DNA from: Saccostrea cucullata
Lineage: Eukaryota
DNA: 64,000 nt
Direction: 5' to 3'
NCBI RefSeq assembly: GCF_032062105.1
Contig: NW_026940736.1
Location: 868,001-932,000, forward strand
Part shown: positions 1 through 11,966 of the stretch, one piece after another
Position numbering within the stretch: position 1 is the stretch's first letter
Layout: each line of letters begins with the position of its first letter
Notes under the pieces: model-generated
What the model saw: the letters and a program-made list of their open reading frames with translations, nothing else
What the model was told of the DNA's origin: nothing
Database searches by the model: none
Position numbers and translations under genes: made by a program

Positions 1-67
1 TTTAGAATCTGAACATATTAAAATAAAAACAGCTCAGTATATTAGCATAACTAACTTTTTTTTGCAG

Positions 68-3000
68 ATGTGTATTCAGCAGATACAACAGTTAACATAG
101 AAAACCAAGAAAAAGATACATGTAGATTGGTTGTTGAGGATATAGGTAAAATTTGGATGAAATTTGCATATTATTTACACAATAGTACCTTATTAACATA
201 TGAAATGAATTAATTATTATCATGATTGTCTTTTTTGCAATTGAAGTAAGAGTAAAACTTTTATATACTATGATTTCTTTTATCATTGTCTCTGAAAAGA
301 ATGTTGCAGTTTTAGATTGATTTCTTTCATTTTACAAGAAAAATTTGTGAATTTATTGTTGTCAACACATGATCTAAATCAGCAATCTGAATCTTCATGT
401 TTAATTACATTTATAGCTTACAATCACATGTAGTTCACGCAAGGAGAGAGAAATTCTTAAATTCATGAAATGTGTTTTTTGCTTCAGAAACAATTTTACG
501 TGGAAATTTGGAGGACGCAGAATCAGACAAACAAAAGACAAATGACGAGATTAGTTCTGAACCTGACAATGTGTCTGATTTTGATCCCATTGAAACGTTT
601 GAAGATGAACAAGATAGTTCAAGTACAGACCATCTTTCCAAGGAAGAAAAATCTGACAATGAGGCACTGGTTTATAATAATATCCCAGAAAAACTTGAAG
701 ATAAGGAAATAAGTGTAAAGAATGATGTCTGCAGTCCTGGATCTTTGCAGGCCATAAAAAAGGTACAGAATAACAGTAAGAAGAGTTCAGGGGAATTACA
801 GGATACAGAAAAGAATGATGAAATGGAATTTGTACAACGGTCAGAATTGAAAAGGAAAGGGAAGAATCTAAGACAATCCAGCAGGAAAGAGCGTAAATTT
901 GATGGAATTATTCAACAGGATGAAATAAATCATCAGAATGAACAAATGAGAGAAAGGTTAAGAAGAAGGTCTGAACCAGTTGAAAAGAGAAAAAAGAAAA
1001 ATGTTAGTGAGGAAAAAGATGAAAGTAAAAATAACAATATGGAGGAGGTAGAAAAGTCATTGGGACATAATTGTCTGTTTTGTGATAAACAATTGAAGAA
1101 TAGAAAAACTTTGATTCAGCATGTTGTCAGACATGCAGGGCAGAAACTTCGATGTAAAATTTGTGACACTATGTGTAATAAGAAAAATATACTACAGGAG
1201 CATGTTAGAATGCATGAATTTCAGACCAGTGGACCCGGTTTGGACAACAGTGAGATGTATGATGTTGAAAGTAGAACATGTAAACTTTGTCAGGTTCAAC
1301 TGGGCTCAGTTTTTTCTCTGAAGAGACATATGAAATGTCATGAAAACTTAAAAGATTTTAAGTGTTATGTATGTGCTGAGAATTTTCATACCGAAAAGGA
1401 GTTAGCTTTACATACGGCCATTCATATGGTGTCACTGGTGTACTCGTGTGGGACTTGCAGGATTGGATTCGATTCCGAGGAGGCTTTACAATACCATAGA
1501 GGAAAGAACAACTGTAGTGCTGCAGAGTTACCTGGGGAGACTAGCTTTAATTGTTCCGTTTGTGATAAAGGGTTTATGTACCAGAAAAATTTAGAAAAGC
1601 ATTTGGAAACGCATAAAAATAACCAAAATTCTGCTTCCAACAAAGGGTCGACGCTTTCAGAAAATACTGCTAAAACCAATGGGGGACAAAGTGGAATAGG
1701 TGCTGTTAACAGTGATTTGAGCCAGTTATCTTCACATAATGTCCAGCAACAAGACATGGAAACAGGCTCTTCTTGTTTTGATAGCAGGAACGTGGACCAA
1801 AAAAATGCAGCTGAAATTAATCCATCAACTGACATTCCCACCTCTTCATCACAGAGTGAGAAAAGTTCAAAAGATCTTACATGTAATTTATGTGGACAAA
1901 TATTCAAGAAGGCAATGGCCTTGTATCGTCACAAATTGGGGCACGACGGCACGGGAATGTTTCCGTGTAGGTTTTGTAACTTTGTGACCAATTCCAAAGA
2001 CAATCTGACCAGACATGCCAAAACACACTTGGCAAAGCTTCCACATATTTGTGACATCTGTGATAAAGGTTTTACAGAAAAGTGTCATTTAACTTTTCAT
2101 ATGAACTCCTCTCATTTTCATAAAAGGCAATTCCTCTGCGACCATTGTGGGAAATCCTTTCGTGCTCAACAGTCCTTGCTTGCTCACAAACGATCACATA
2201 TGGGTACCAGGCCCTATAAATGCAGGTACTGTGATCAGGCTTTCGTAACAGGAAGTGGGAAGAAAGAGCATGAGAAAATTCATCAGAATAAAAAGACCTA
2301 CATGTGTGATTCATGTGGGATGTCGTTTAACCAGAGGTGCGGTTTATACACCCATAAACTCACACACCATAATGATAAACCATCAAAGATCTGCCCGGAG
2401 TGTGGCAGGGCATTCAAAACTGATCATTACCTTAGATCCCATTTTGTCTCCAGGCATCTAAAACTGGAGGACGTGGATAATTACGGCTTTAAAGTCTATA
2501 CTTGTGAAGTTTGCCAAAAATTATTTTCAGACAAGAGCGACATGAAAAGCCACATGAATAAACATACAGGTATATATGTAATTTATTTGGTATATTTACA
2601 ATAATGATTTAAAAATCATATGAATATTTCAAATATTGATGTAAGATTTTTTTTGTTAAGTTTGAAAGTTTTCAGACAAAAGTTTTTTTCTAACTCGTGG
2701 CTTTTAAAAGCTTTTTTTTTTTTTTTTTTTAAGTTTCATTTTTTGTGGCAGATAAAACAGAGATGTCCCAATGTGATGAAATAAGTGTCTCATCGAATTT
2801 TCTCTACTTTTCCCCTCTATTTTAGGAGAGAAACCATTTAAATGTGCCTACTGCAACAAAGGCTTCTCTGACAGGAGTAACATGAGGGCCCATCAGCGAA
2901 TTCACCAGGAATACAGGCCCCATCTCTGTAATATCTGCGGGAAAGGCTTCATCTTCAACAGGGACCTCAAGAAGCACCTCAGAACCCACTCGCCTCAAGC

Positions 3001-3160
3001 AGACGACACAAACAGATTGCAGGAATCGGACACAGCTGTGGAATTTTTAAGGTCCTCATTAAACACAGATGATGCGGGGGGTGCTGAAGTACAGAACCCC
3101 AATACTGTGGGGGAGTTTGAAATTCAGGTCAAATTTTCTGAAGATTTTATGTATAAATGA
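68..3160 (+). CDS. C2H2 zinc-finger protein (~16 fingers), 5'-incomplete; exons 68-145, 488-2569, 2826-3160
   Basis: Repeated C-x2-C-x12-H-x3/4-H motifs in ORF 472-2604 and ORF 2882-3160. GT-AG intron 2570-2825 restores the canonical linker HTG|EKPF. Phase-1 intron 146-487 joins an open 78-nt upstream exon (acceptor gcttcag at 481-487). Stop TGA at 3158-3160. Confidence 0.9.
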
Positions 3161-3417
3161 TAAGAAAAAATTTTAATACACAATATTTTGTATGTTTTTG
3201 ATATTTCAAAATCTTTGAACATTTTCTTTGGTCATCTACCTTATTTTATTACTTTTCAAAAATCTGTGATCATGATATAAAAGAAAATGATTATATTTTT
3301 GTAACAGCAAATTGTTTTACATTTCTATAACATGTACAATTACTATTGTTTTATAATATGTGGATTAGAATAAAATTGTTTCTTGGTAGTGATAAGTGTA
3401 GCAGTAGTTGAAACTCC

Positions 3418-4660
3418 TTTTTTAGCTCACATTGGGGCCATAAAACTTAGACAAGCTCACTTTTGATCTCAGTCTCACTTTTAACAAAGGTATATAGAGT
3501 GGAAAAGTGAGACTGAGATCAAAAGTGAGCTTGTCTATGTTTTATGGCCCCTGGCATGGTGTCTGGCATCCAGTCATCCATCTGTCAAATTGTCTAGAAA
3601 TTTTTCATTTTTACAGCTTCTTCTCAAGAACCACGGGTCCAATTTTTACCAAATTGGTACTAATTAAAGCATCCCTGAGTGAAGGAGATTCTAAATTGTT
3701 AAAATAAAGGACCAATCCCTCTTCCAAGTAGAGATAATCAAGAGAATGCAAAAATAGGGTGGTGTCATTCAAAATCTTCTTCTCAAGAACCACTGGGCTG
3801 GGCCAGAAAAGATGATACTTAGGTGGAAGCATCCTGGAGTAGTGTAGATTCTAAATTGTTGAAATCATGGCCTCCAGGGATAGGACGGGGCCAAAACGAA
3901 TCAAAGTTTAACATAGAAATGAGGAAAAAATATTTGAAATCTCAGAATCTGATGGGCCATGATGTGGAAAGGACAAAGATAGGGAAAGACCCCTTTTAGA
4001 TTTTTGATGTCTCCAGGACATGCAATATTTAATCATTAGAAACCTGTTGCCATCCCTCATGAAATTAATATGCATTCTAAGTCTTGGGGTACACAAGGGT
4101 CACAGGAATGTCAAAATTATGTCAATTTCCGAATTTTCTCATTTTTATGCAAATTTTCATTATTTTATAACAAATTTGGTTTCAGAAAACACAGAACACA
4201 AGCTTGCCTATCTACCAGATTCAATGCACTAGTATCAAGTGGTGCTTCTTGTGTGTGAAAATTCCAGTAAGACAAGCCAGTGTTCTATGTTTCCTGCATG
4301 ATGTTAAAAGATCTAAAATTCGACAAATTTCCATCAGAATTGAGGACATTCAGTAAAATGTCCAACTTTGACACACTATAGATACCTCTCTGTAATCCCT
4401 GAATCATTTTTTTTCGCTGGTTTCAAAACAAGCAACATTTAAAGTTCTTAGGTGCAAACTGAAACAATGTTATCTGTGTTTTAATTGGCCGTTACTGTAC
4501 CTTGTCCTTTCAAGTGTGGAAGTATCCTGGGGTAGTGTAGATGTAAATTTGTTGAAATCAACCCCGAGGGTAGGGCGGGGAAACAGGGGGTAAAATCTTA
4601 TAAAGAACAACAGGGCTAAAGTTAATACTTACGTGAGCGTTGTGACCTATGGGCATCTTA
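3418..4660 (+). mobile_element. Degenerate helentron-type non-autonomous element (HINE, Cg170-related) with nested insertions
   Basis: Starts tttttagctcac; contains cttcttctcaagaaccac / gtagtgtagatt monomer pieces like those at 6865-9167; ends with a degenerate gtgagcgttgtgacctatgggcatctt 3' hairpin. Confidence 0.6.
3434..3551. mobile_element. Palindromic MITE (~118 bp) inserted in the helentron 5' end
   Basis: ggggccataaaacttagacaagctcacttttgatctcagtctcacttt and its near-perfect reverse complement, around a short loop. Confidence 0.75.
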
Positions 4661-5100
4661 TTTATGGGAGTTCTTCAGTAATGCAAGTTGTGTGTTTACT
4701 AGTATGTCCAAAGTCTTTAATTAAGATAAAAACAAAGGCTTTCATTGGCTTTTAATTTTTGTCTATTAACAGTGGGAAGGGTATTTCAAACACATTTATA
4801 TCTTCCAAAATTTCTTAAAGCATGATATTGGTTTTGGCTTTTGACAAATTTGCTCTTGATACAAGAAAAGCAAGACTCTTTTCCAGTTATATGCATATAG
4901 TCGGTCTTAAAGGTACTTGGACACAGATTTGAAGTTAATATTTTCTCATTTTTTCTGTATAATATCACGAATTATATATTTTAATAGCATTTCACACAAA
5001 AATTAATTAAAAATCTTATTTCATTTAAAAGTTATTAAAACTTTAAATTTTTTGGCGGGTTTGATTGACACATCCTTGCACTTTCACAAATTTTAACTTC

Positions 5101-5510
5101 ATTCTTAAGCCTTAGGAAAAGTGGCAATTTTGATGTGTTTTAATGAGAAATATTAAAACTTTTATCAAGAAAAATAATCTTATTCAGAGTAGAAATGTAA
5201 GAAAGCAAAACACCTTCACAAGTATCGTCATTCCGAACTAAGAGATGCGAACAGAGTTTAGCAAAACGAGCACACTCGTGTTATGTACACAGTTTTTGTA
5301 AACAGGGCTCGAGTTCTGTTATTGTTTATATTTAGAATTCACCGGGTGCATTCAATCGTCACAGTCTGCTTACCACAACTGCACGGACTGACAATATATT
5401 GTGTGTTTGTTTTGCTTTCGAACGTGTCTACTCTGAATTTTCTGGATTATAGTATTAATATTTTTCATTAATACAAAACGAGATTGCCACTTTTCCTAAG
5501 GATTAAGAAT
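5101..5510. mobile_element. TIR element/MITE (~410 bp)
   Basis: ~50-bp imperfect inverted repeats: attcttaagccttaggaaaagtggcaat... and ...attgccacttttcctaaggattaagaat, with TTAA near both ends. Confidence 0.55.
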
Positions 5511-5517
5511 AGAAATT

Positions 5518-6862
5518 GTTCATACGTAGAGCATGCTCTTGCGTATCGAATCAACTGAGATATATACACTACGCATGCACCTGATGAAGGTATATTGCTG
5601 CATTAATAAGGGAAGTCGACAATAGAAAAGTTAAAGTCATCACGATTATCATATAACTTGGTTGTTAGATTACCGTTTACGTCTTTTTCAAGTAAAATAG
5701 CCTAGATAAAACAGATGTGTCAGACTCTGTGGTATCTTTTATCTCAAGCTCACCAGGATATATCGTATCGACATAGGAATGGAAATCACCATTGTTAATT
5801 GGCAATACGTCGTCGATATATCTAAATGTGGAGTTGAAGGCCACAGCAAGTGTTTACTTCTTTTCAGGCATAAAATTTCGCACAAATTCTGCTTCATATG
5901 AATATAAAAATAGGTCTGCTAATAACGGAGCGCAATTGGTACCCATGGGAATTCCAATAGATTGTTGGAATACCTGATCTCCAAGAACCACATTGATATT
6001 GTCAATCAGAAACTCAAGCATCTCTTTGATGTCAACTTCAGAGTACTTGTGTGTGCAATCAGAATGTGTTTTAACAAAATAATTTTGCAAATGACCAATG
6101 GCCAGGTAAGTAAATTTACGAGTTCCAGTTTTATTGAAAAAGCAGCTGTCAATGATATCAAAAAGCCTGGACTGTAATTTATCATGGGGAATGGTGTTTA
6201 AAGTTGAAAAGTCGTAAGTTTTTAAGCTGTTGATTTTGGTAAATTGTTCATAAGTTCTTTTTTGAGTATCCACATCTGATTTATACCACTTTTTGAAAAT
6301 ATTGTTGCACAGTACTCTTGAAGTTTTTCCTTCACATTGTCAATATCTTAGTGAGGAGTAACGAAAGAGGCTTGGTTGAACATTTACTGGAACCCGCAAT
6401 GTATCTTTATTTGTAAGGATTTTTATGAAGTTTTGGAATCCAATATATATAGAAATATGTGGAATATTAAAACTATTTAAAACTGACATATGATTTTGAA
6501 GAATTTCTTCCTCAGAAAGGGAAGTATGGAGTTTAAGTAGGATTTCTACTTGTAGAATTAAATCCAAGTTCTTCTAAAATACAATTTATATAAAGAACCT
6601 TACAAACGAAGAAAATGTTGTTACTTGCTTTGTCGGCAGGGACCAGTACGTATTGATCATGTAATCTATCTAATTCTTTTTTCACTTCTAGATTATTGAA
6701 TACAGAAAGATAGATGGTTTTCATATTGCCCTCAATCTTTTAATATGTGATTTTAACATGGACCTGATACATTTAATCCATTCTGACAAAGTGTCAACGT
6801 CTTCTTTTTCATATCTGGCCCATCGTCTGGTGTAATTTTCAACAGAATCCAAAGGAAGATGC

Positions 6863-6864
<2 letters not shown>
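5518..6864 (-). mobile_element. Degenerate Penelope-like retroelement reverse transcriptase
   Basis: Frameshifted pieces encode VPADKASNN, KTYDFSTL-TIPH, GIPMGTNCAPLLADLFLYSYE, a YIDDV-type motif and VYISQLIRYARACSTY, all typical of Penelope-like RTs. Confidence 0.8.
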
Positions 6865-6911
<47 letters not shown>

Positions 6912-6978
6912 ATTTTGTCCGGCGTCCGTCTGTCTGTCCGTCTGTCTGTAAACTTTTCACATTTTCGACTTCTTCTCA

Positions 6979-7009
<31 letters not shown>

Positions 7010-7026
7010 CCACAAAGTATCCTTGC

Positions 7027-7064
<38 letters not shown>

Positions 7065-9132
7065 CCCTAATTCAAGGGGAGATAATTGGGAATTAATGAA
7101 AATTTGGTGTCATATTTTAAAAATCTTCTTCTCAAGAACCACTGTGCCAGGAAAGATGAAACTTATGGTGAAACATCCTCAGGTAGTGTAGATTCAAGTT
7201 TGTTCAAATCATTACCCCCGGGGTTAGGGCGGGGCCAAAATGGCCGACCAAAATTTTACATAGAAATATATAGGAAAATTCTTTAAAAATCTTCTTCCCA
7301 AGAATGACAAAGCCATTATTCATCATATTTATATGGAAGCATGCTCAGGTAGTGTAGATTCAAGTTTTGTTCAAATCATGACCCCCGGGGGTAGGGCGGG
7401 GCCAAAATGGCCGACCAAAGTTTTACATAGAAATATATAGGAAAATTCTTTAAAAATCTTCTTCTCAAGAATGACAAAGCCATAATTCATCATATTTATA
7501 TGGAAGCATGCTCAGGTAATGTAGATTCAAGTTTGTTCAAATCATGACCCCCTGGGGGTAGGGCTGGGCCAAAATGGCCGACCAAAGTTTTACATAGAAA
7601 TATATAGGAAAATTCTTTAAAAATCTTCTTCCCAAGAATGACAAAGCCATTATTCATCATATTTATATGGAAGCATGTTTAGGTAGTGTAGATTCAAGTT
7701 TGTTCAAATCATGACCCCTGGGGGTAGGTTCTTTAAAAATCTTCTTCTCAAGAATGACAAAGTCATAATTCATCATATTTATATGGAAGCATATTCAGGT
7801 AGTGTAGATTCAAGTTTGTTCAAATCATGACCCCCCGGGAGTTACTAGGGCGGGGCCAAAATGGCCGACCAAAGTTTTACATAGAAATATATAGGAAAAT
7901 TCTTTAAAAATCTTCTTCCCAAGAATGACAAAGCCATTATTCATCATATTTATATGGAAGCATGCTCAGGTAGTGTAGATTCAAGTTTTGTTCAAATCAT
8001 GACCCCCGGGGGTAGGGCGGGGCCAAAATGGCCGACCAAAGTTTTACATAGAAATATATAGGAAAATTCTTTAAAAATCTTCTTCTCAAGAATGACAAAG
8101 CCATAATTCATCATATTTATATGGAAGCATGCTCAGGTAATGTAGATTCAAGTTTGTTCAAATCATGACCCCCTGGGGGTAGGGCTGGGCCAAAATGGCC
8201 GACCAAAGTTTTACATAGAAATATATAGGAAAATTCTTTAAAAATCTTCTTCCCAAGAATGACAAAGCCATTATTCATCATATTTATATGGAAGCATGTT
8301 TAGGTAGTGTAGATTCAAGTTTGTTCAAATCATGACCCCTGGGGGTAGGTTCTTTAAAAATCTTCTTCTCAAGAATGACAAAGTCATAATTCATCATATT
8401 TATATGGAAGCATATTCAGGTAGTGTAGATTCAAGTTTGTTCAAATCATGACCCCCCGGGGGTTACTAGGGCGGGGCCAAAATGGCCGACCAAAGTTTTA
8501 CATAGAAATATATAGGAAAATTCTTTAAAAATCTTCTTCTCAAGAATGACAAAGTCGTAATTCATCATATTTATATGGAAGCATGTTCAGGTAGTGTAGT
8601 TTCAAGTTTGTTCAAATCGTGACCCCCCGAGGATAGGGCGGGGCCAAAAGGGCCGACGAAAGTTTTACATAGAAATATATAGGAAAATTCTTTAAAAATC
8701 TTCTTCTCAAGAATGATAAAGCCATAATTCATCATATTTATATGGAAGCATGTTCAGGTAGTGTAGATTCAAGTTTGTTCAAATCATGACCCCCGGGGGT
8801 AGGGCGGGGCCAAAATGGCCGACCTAAGTTTTACATAGAAATATATAGGAAAATTCTTTAAAAATCTTCTTCTAAAGAATGACAAAGCCATAATTCATCA
8901 TATTTATATGGAAGCATGCTCAAGTAGTGTAGATTCAAATTTGTTCAAATCATGACCCCCAGGGGTAAGGCGGGGCCAAAATGGCTGACCAAAGTTTTAA
9001 AAGATATATATAGGAAAATTCTTTAAAAATCATTTTTTCAAAAAATAGCAAATCCATGATTGGTCATGGGACTATTTTTGGATTTAAACTTTACAATAAA
9101 AAGCCATTTTCTACTTTTTCCTACCCTTAGTG

Positions 9133-9167
<35 letters not shown>
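6865..9167 (+). mobile_element. Helentron HINE carrying a tandem array of ~167-bp Cg170-like satellite monomers
   Basis: 5' tttttagctcacctgagc sub-terminal IR, gtcc/gtct microsatellite, ~12 monomers, 3' gctcaggtgagc (9132-9143) and ggcccatgggcc hairpin (9149-9160), inserted in a T-run. Confidence 0.9.
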
Positions 9168-9169
<2 letters not shown>

Positions 9170-10394
9170 CAGAATATACCTTTGTTCCTTATCTTTAGAC
9201 CCTAAACTTGTAGTCCGCCTCGGAAAACACATTCTTCAAATATCCTATAAATAAATATCCTCTCAATAAAGAATTGAATTGAATCATAAATGACTATGTG
9301 AAATATATAGAATAGTAAAACTGTAGTAAAACATGCTTATTACGAAGTATCACGGGCGTACGATTAATCGAAAAGTTTACAATACATTTATATTCTAAAG
9401 TTATGGGGAGTGAAAATCACATGATATTAAAAGCGTCAATTCATCACAAGCGTCCTTTCTTGCATTTATTATTATCATCTTGTGGTTCCTAAAATATTTT
9501 CAATTCGTCTTAAGAAAGAAGTACACTGTACGCCAAAATATTGACATTGATTTCCGATAGGACATAGGAAACGGAATCCTTTGATACCTTGCAAATTTAC
9601 TGGGGAGAGGGGGGAGGTTGAGTAAATTTGTTAAGGTTGGAATATTTTAATAACGATTGTTAACGAGGGAAGTTATAAATATTGTCATGTTTTGTTTTGT
9701 TTTTTAGAAAAAAAAGGAAGACACAACTATGCACTGATGGATTTCTTAATTTATTTCTTTCAATTTGTCCTTAGATAATTAATCATCTTGTTACAAAAAA
9801 GTTTCTGTTTTGTTTTCTTCCCTTTTTGTGACAAAACCAGGATTTAGCTTCGAGACTGCATGAATGGCACTTTTAATACATGAAAACTGATTGTCAATAA
9901 TATTGCTAACAATTCAGATTCTAGAATTATGTCAGTTCGATTTTAGTAGCTCCTTGTTGAGTTTAAATAAATAAAGAGGAATTCAATTCCAAAGTCTGTC
10001 TTTTTATGTTTTGGAGTTTAGCATGGTTTAGATCGATTGCAATCTCTTGCTTTTGCAATGCAGCCATTCAGACTCTTATACTCACAAGGAAACAGTTACG
10101 CTCGATGTGCTTCTTCGGCACATTGTTTCATATTATAGATCATCTTTGCAGCGTAGAATAACGGAAGAAAAATGTGCCAAAAAAGTCTATATTGTCGCTT
10201 TCCACTTCCAGGAAGTATCTATAAATAGAAACTTAGATTTTGGATTACATGCTGCAATACTGTGAAAAAATGTAACATTTCTGTTTTAATCACTTGGCTT
10301 GCAGATAAGCACTCTTTAAGTTAATAAAGTTCGTTCTTTTAATAAAGTTGCATGTCCAAATTCTATTTACACACTGGGGCTGGGGTGATTGGGG

Positions 10395-11966
10395 TTAAAA
10401 CGTATTTCTGATGAAATTGTCTCGAATTCGAGTCGACTCCTCCCGACTTGACGACGAACCAGTCAACATGTCCCTTAGTCCACTACCGAGATCAAACCCG
10501 TCTGGGAGTTCCAACCCTCCCGAGCTCGACCCCCCAACTCGTAGCACGCCGAGCCCTCTGAGGTCGTCCATAGACAATGTACCACCAAGCGGCACCTCTA
10601 TACCACGTGATTCCTCTGGCCCAAGGAAATTGTAGCGTTCCATTCTGAACACTCTAATCTGGCCAGAAATATCGCCTATCCACAAATTTTCATGTGAATC
10701 CACGTTGAAACAACTTATACTGCCAGACATGTTGGCTAGAACTATAGATTGAAAGGTTGCCTCTTCGTCGACAACATGGATTAGGTTTGTCCCTGCGTCC
10801 AAAATGTAGTAGTTGTCATTCTGGTCACTTGCAACTGACCGTGGTTGAAAGGGGTAGCTATTCGTGATATTTATACTATCATCCGATTGCTCAAGTCTTT
10901 TGAGCCCCCTCTTCCCAGTATATTTCTTAGGATACTTCAATTTTTTGACTGTCGATAGTGTCGTACTGTCTATAAAAAATACGCACTTCTTTGTCGTTTC
11001 GCAGAGAGCGATCTGTCCGGTCTTCTCATTAACAGTCATAGATGATACCTCATGAAGCTCAAGGTTCACATCCAGTGGTTGGATCTTCTTCAACATTTGG
11101 TCTGTGATAAATAGACCACTGTTGTTTAAATGTGTGTTATCAGAGTGACGACGCGTTGCAATCAGCAGACGACCATCATCGTACGCGTATAACGAGATGG
11201 GAACGCTGTTTTCTGTGGTTGTTACAAACCTTAGTTCTTGTTGATCGTTCAGCAACAGAATTTCACCACTGGAAAAGGCTAATACAAGTGTACCATCACT
11301 AAATCGAGCTATGTCCTGGAGTACATTTTCGACATATTTTCTGTACATCTCCTGGCCATTACGGGAAAACTTGGCAACGAAGGGTCTGTTTGTTAAAACC
11401 CAGCACTCATTTTTGTCGTCTGGAATTATCTTTCGAATACGCTCAAAATTATTGCATTTGAATGACGTACTAAGGTAAGCGAAGAACGCAGACTTCACGG
11501 TACTCCTGTAAGCATTTCCAATTCTTCGAAGAATTCGCAAATCTCGATGACCATCGTTTTCTTCGTCGCTGTCCTCGTCGAAATCGCCAAATTTTTTCTC
11601 ATCCTTGTGATGATGACTTTTGTGGCAACCGCTGCAGAGGATGCTGTTACACTCATGACAGTGCTTCAGTTTTCGTACCTCCCTTGCTCCGCAAATATCA
11701 CACGTCTCCTCTTGTTGTGGCGCGGATTTAAAATAATTGTCAAAGAATCCTTGAACTCCATCTTTCGGAATGTAGACGTCCTGTCTGCAGATTGGACACT
11801 TGACGGAGGAATCTGAATTTGAAGGAGTAGCAGCTATAATGTTGTCAATACACGGACTGCAGAACGTGTGAGAGCAGGGTAGAATTTTCGGAACTTTATC
11901 TGGAGTTGAAAACTGATAAGCACAAATTGGGCAGTTTGAGTCGTCTTGTTGTTGTTGTTCATCCAT
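10395..11966 (-). CDS. RING-HC / B-box-like / NHL-like beta-propeller protein (TRIM-like E3 ligase), single coding exon, 523 aa
   Basis: RING motif CPIC...LPCSHTFCSPC...CPIC; CDIC...CHECNSILCSGCHKSH B-box-like motif; C-terminal beta-rich repeats such as PRSVASDQNDNYYILD and VDSHENLWIGD. Confidence 0.88.
   Translation of the reverse strand: MDEQQQQDDSNCPICAYQFSTPDKVPKILPCSHTFCSPCIDNIIAATPSNSDSSVKCPICRQDVYIPKDGVQGFFDNYFKSAPQQEETCDICGAREVRKLKHCHECNSILCSGCHKSHHHKDEKKFGDFDEDSDEENDGHRDLRILRRIGNAYRSTVKSAFFAYLSTSFKCNNFERIRKIIPDDKNECWVLTNRPFVAKFSRNGQEMYRKYVENVLQDIARFSDGTLVLAFSSGEILLLNDQQELRFVTTTENSVPISLYAYDDGRLLIATRRHSDNTHLNNSGLFITDQMLKKIQPLDVNLELHEVSSMTVNEKTGQIALCETTKKCVFFIDSTTLSTVKKLKYPKKYTGKRGLKRLEQSDDSINITNSYPFQPRSVASDQNDNYYILDAGTNLIHVVDEEATFQSIVLANMSGSISCFNVDSHENLWIGDISGQIRVFRMERYNFLGPEESRGIEVPLGGTLSMDDLRGLGVLRVGGSSSGGLELPDGFDLGSGLRDMLTGSSSSREESTRIRDNFIRNTF

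Noticed and set aside
472-487. ORF-track start of the zinc-finger protein
   Set aside because: The GTG lies in the polypyrimidine tract of an intron. An acceptor at 433 would hit TGA at 466-468, so the exon starts at 488.
4906-5100. Kolobok-like element starting ttaa|aggtacttggacac
   Set aside because: No matching right-hand terminus found in the window.
5581-5600. Hammerhead ribozyme core (CTGATGA) near the Penelope-like fragment
   Set aside because: It lies within antisense RT coding sequence, with no supporting stems or correctly placed GAAA.
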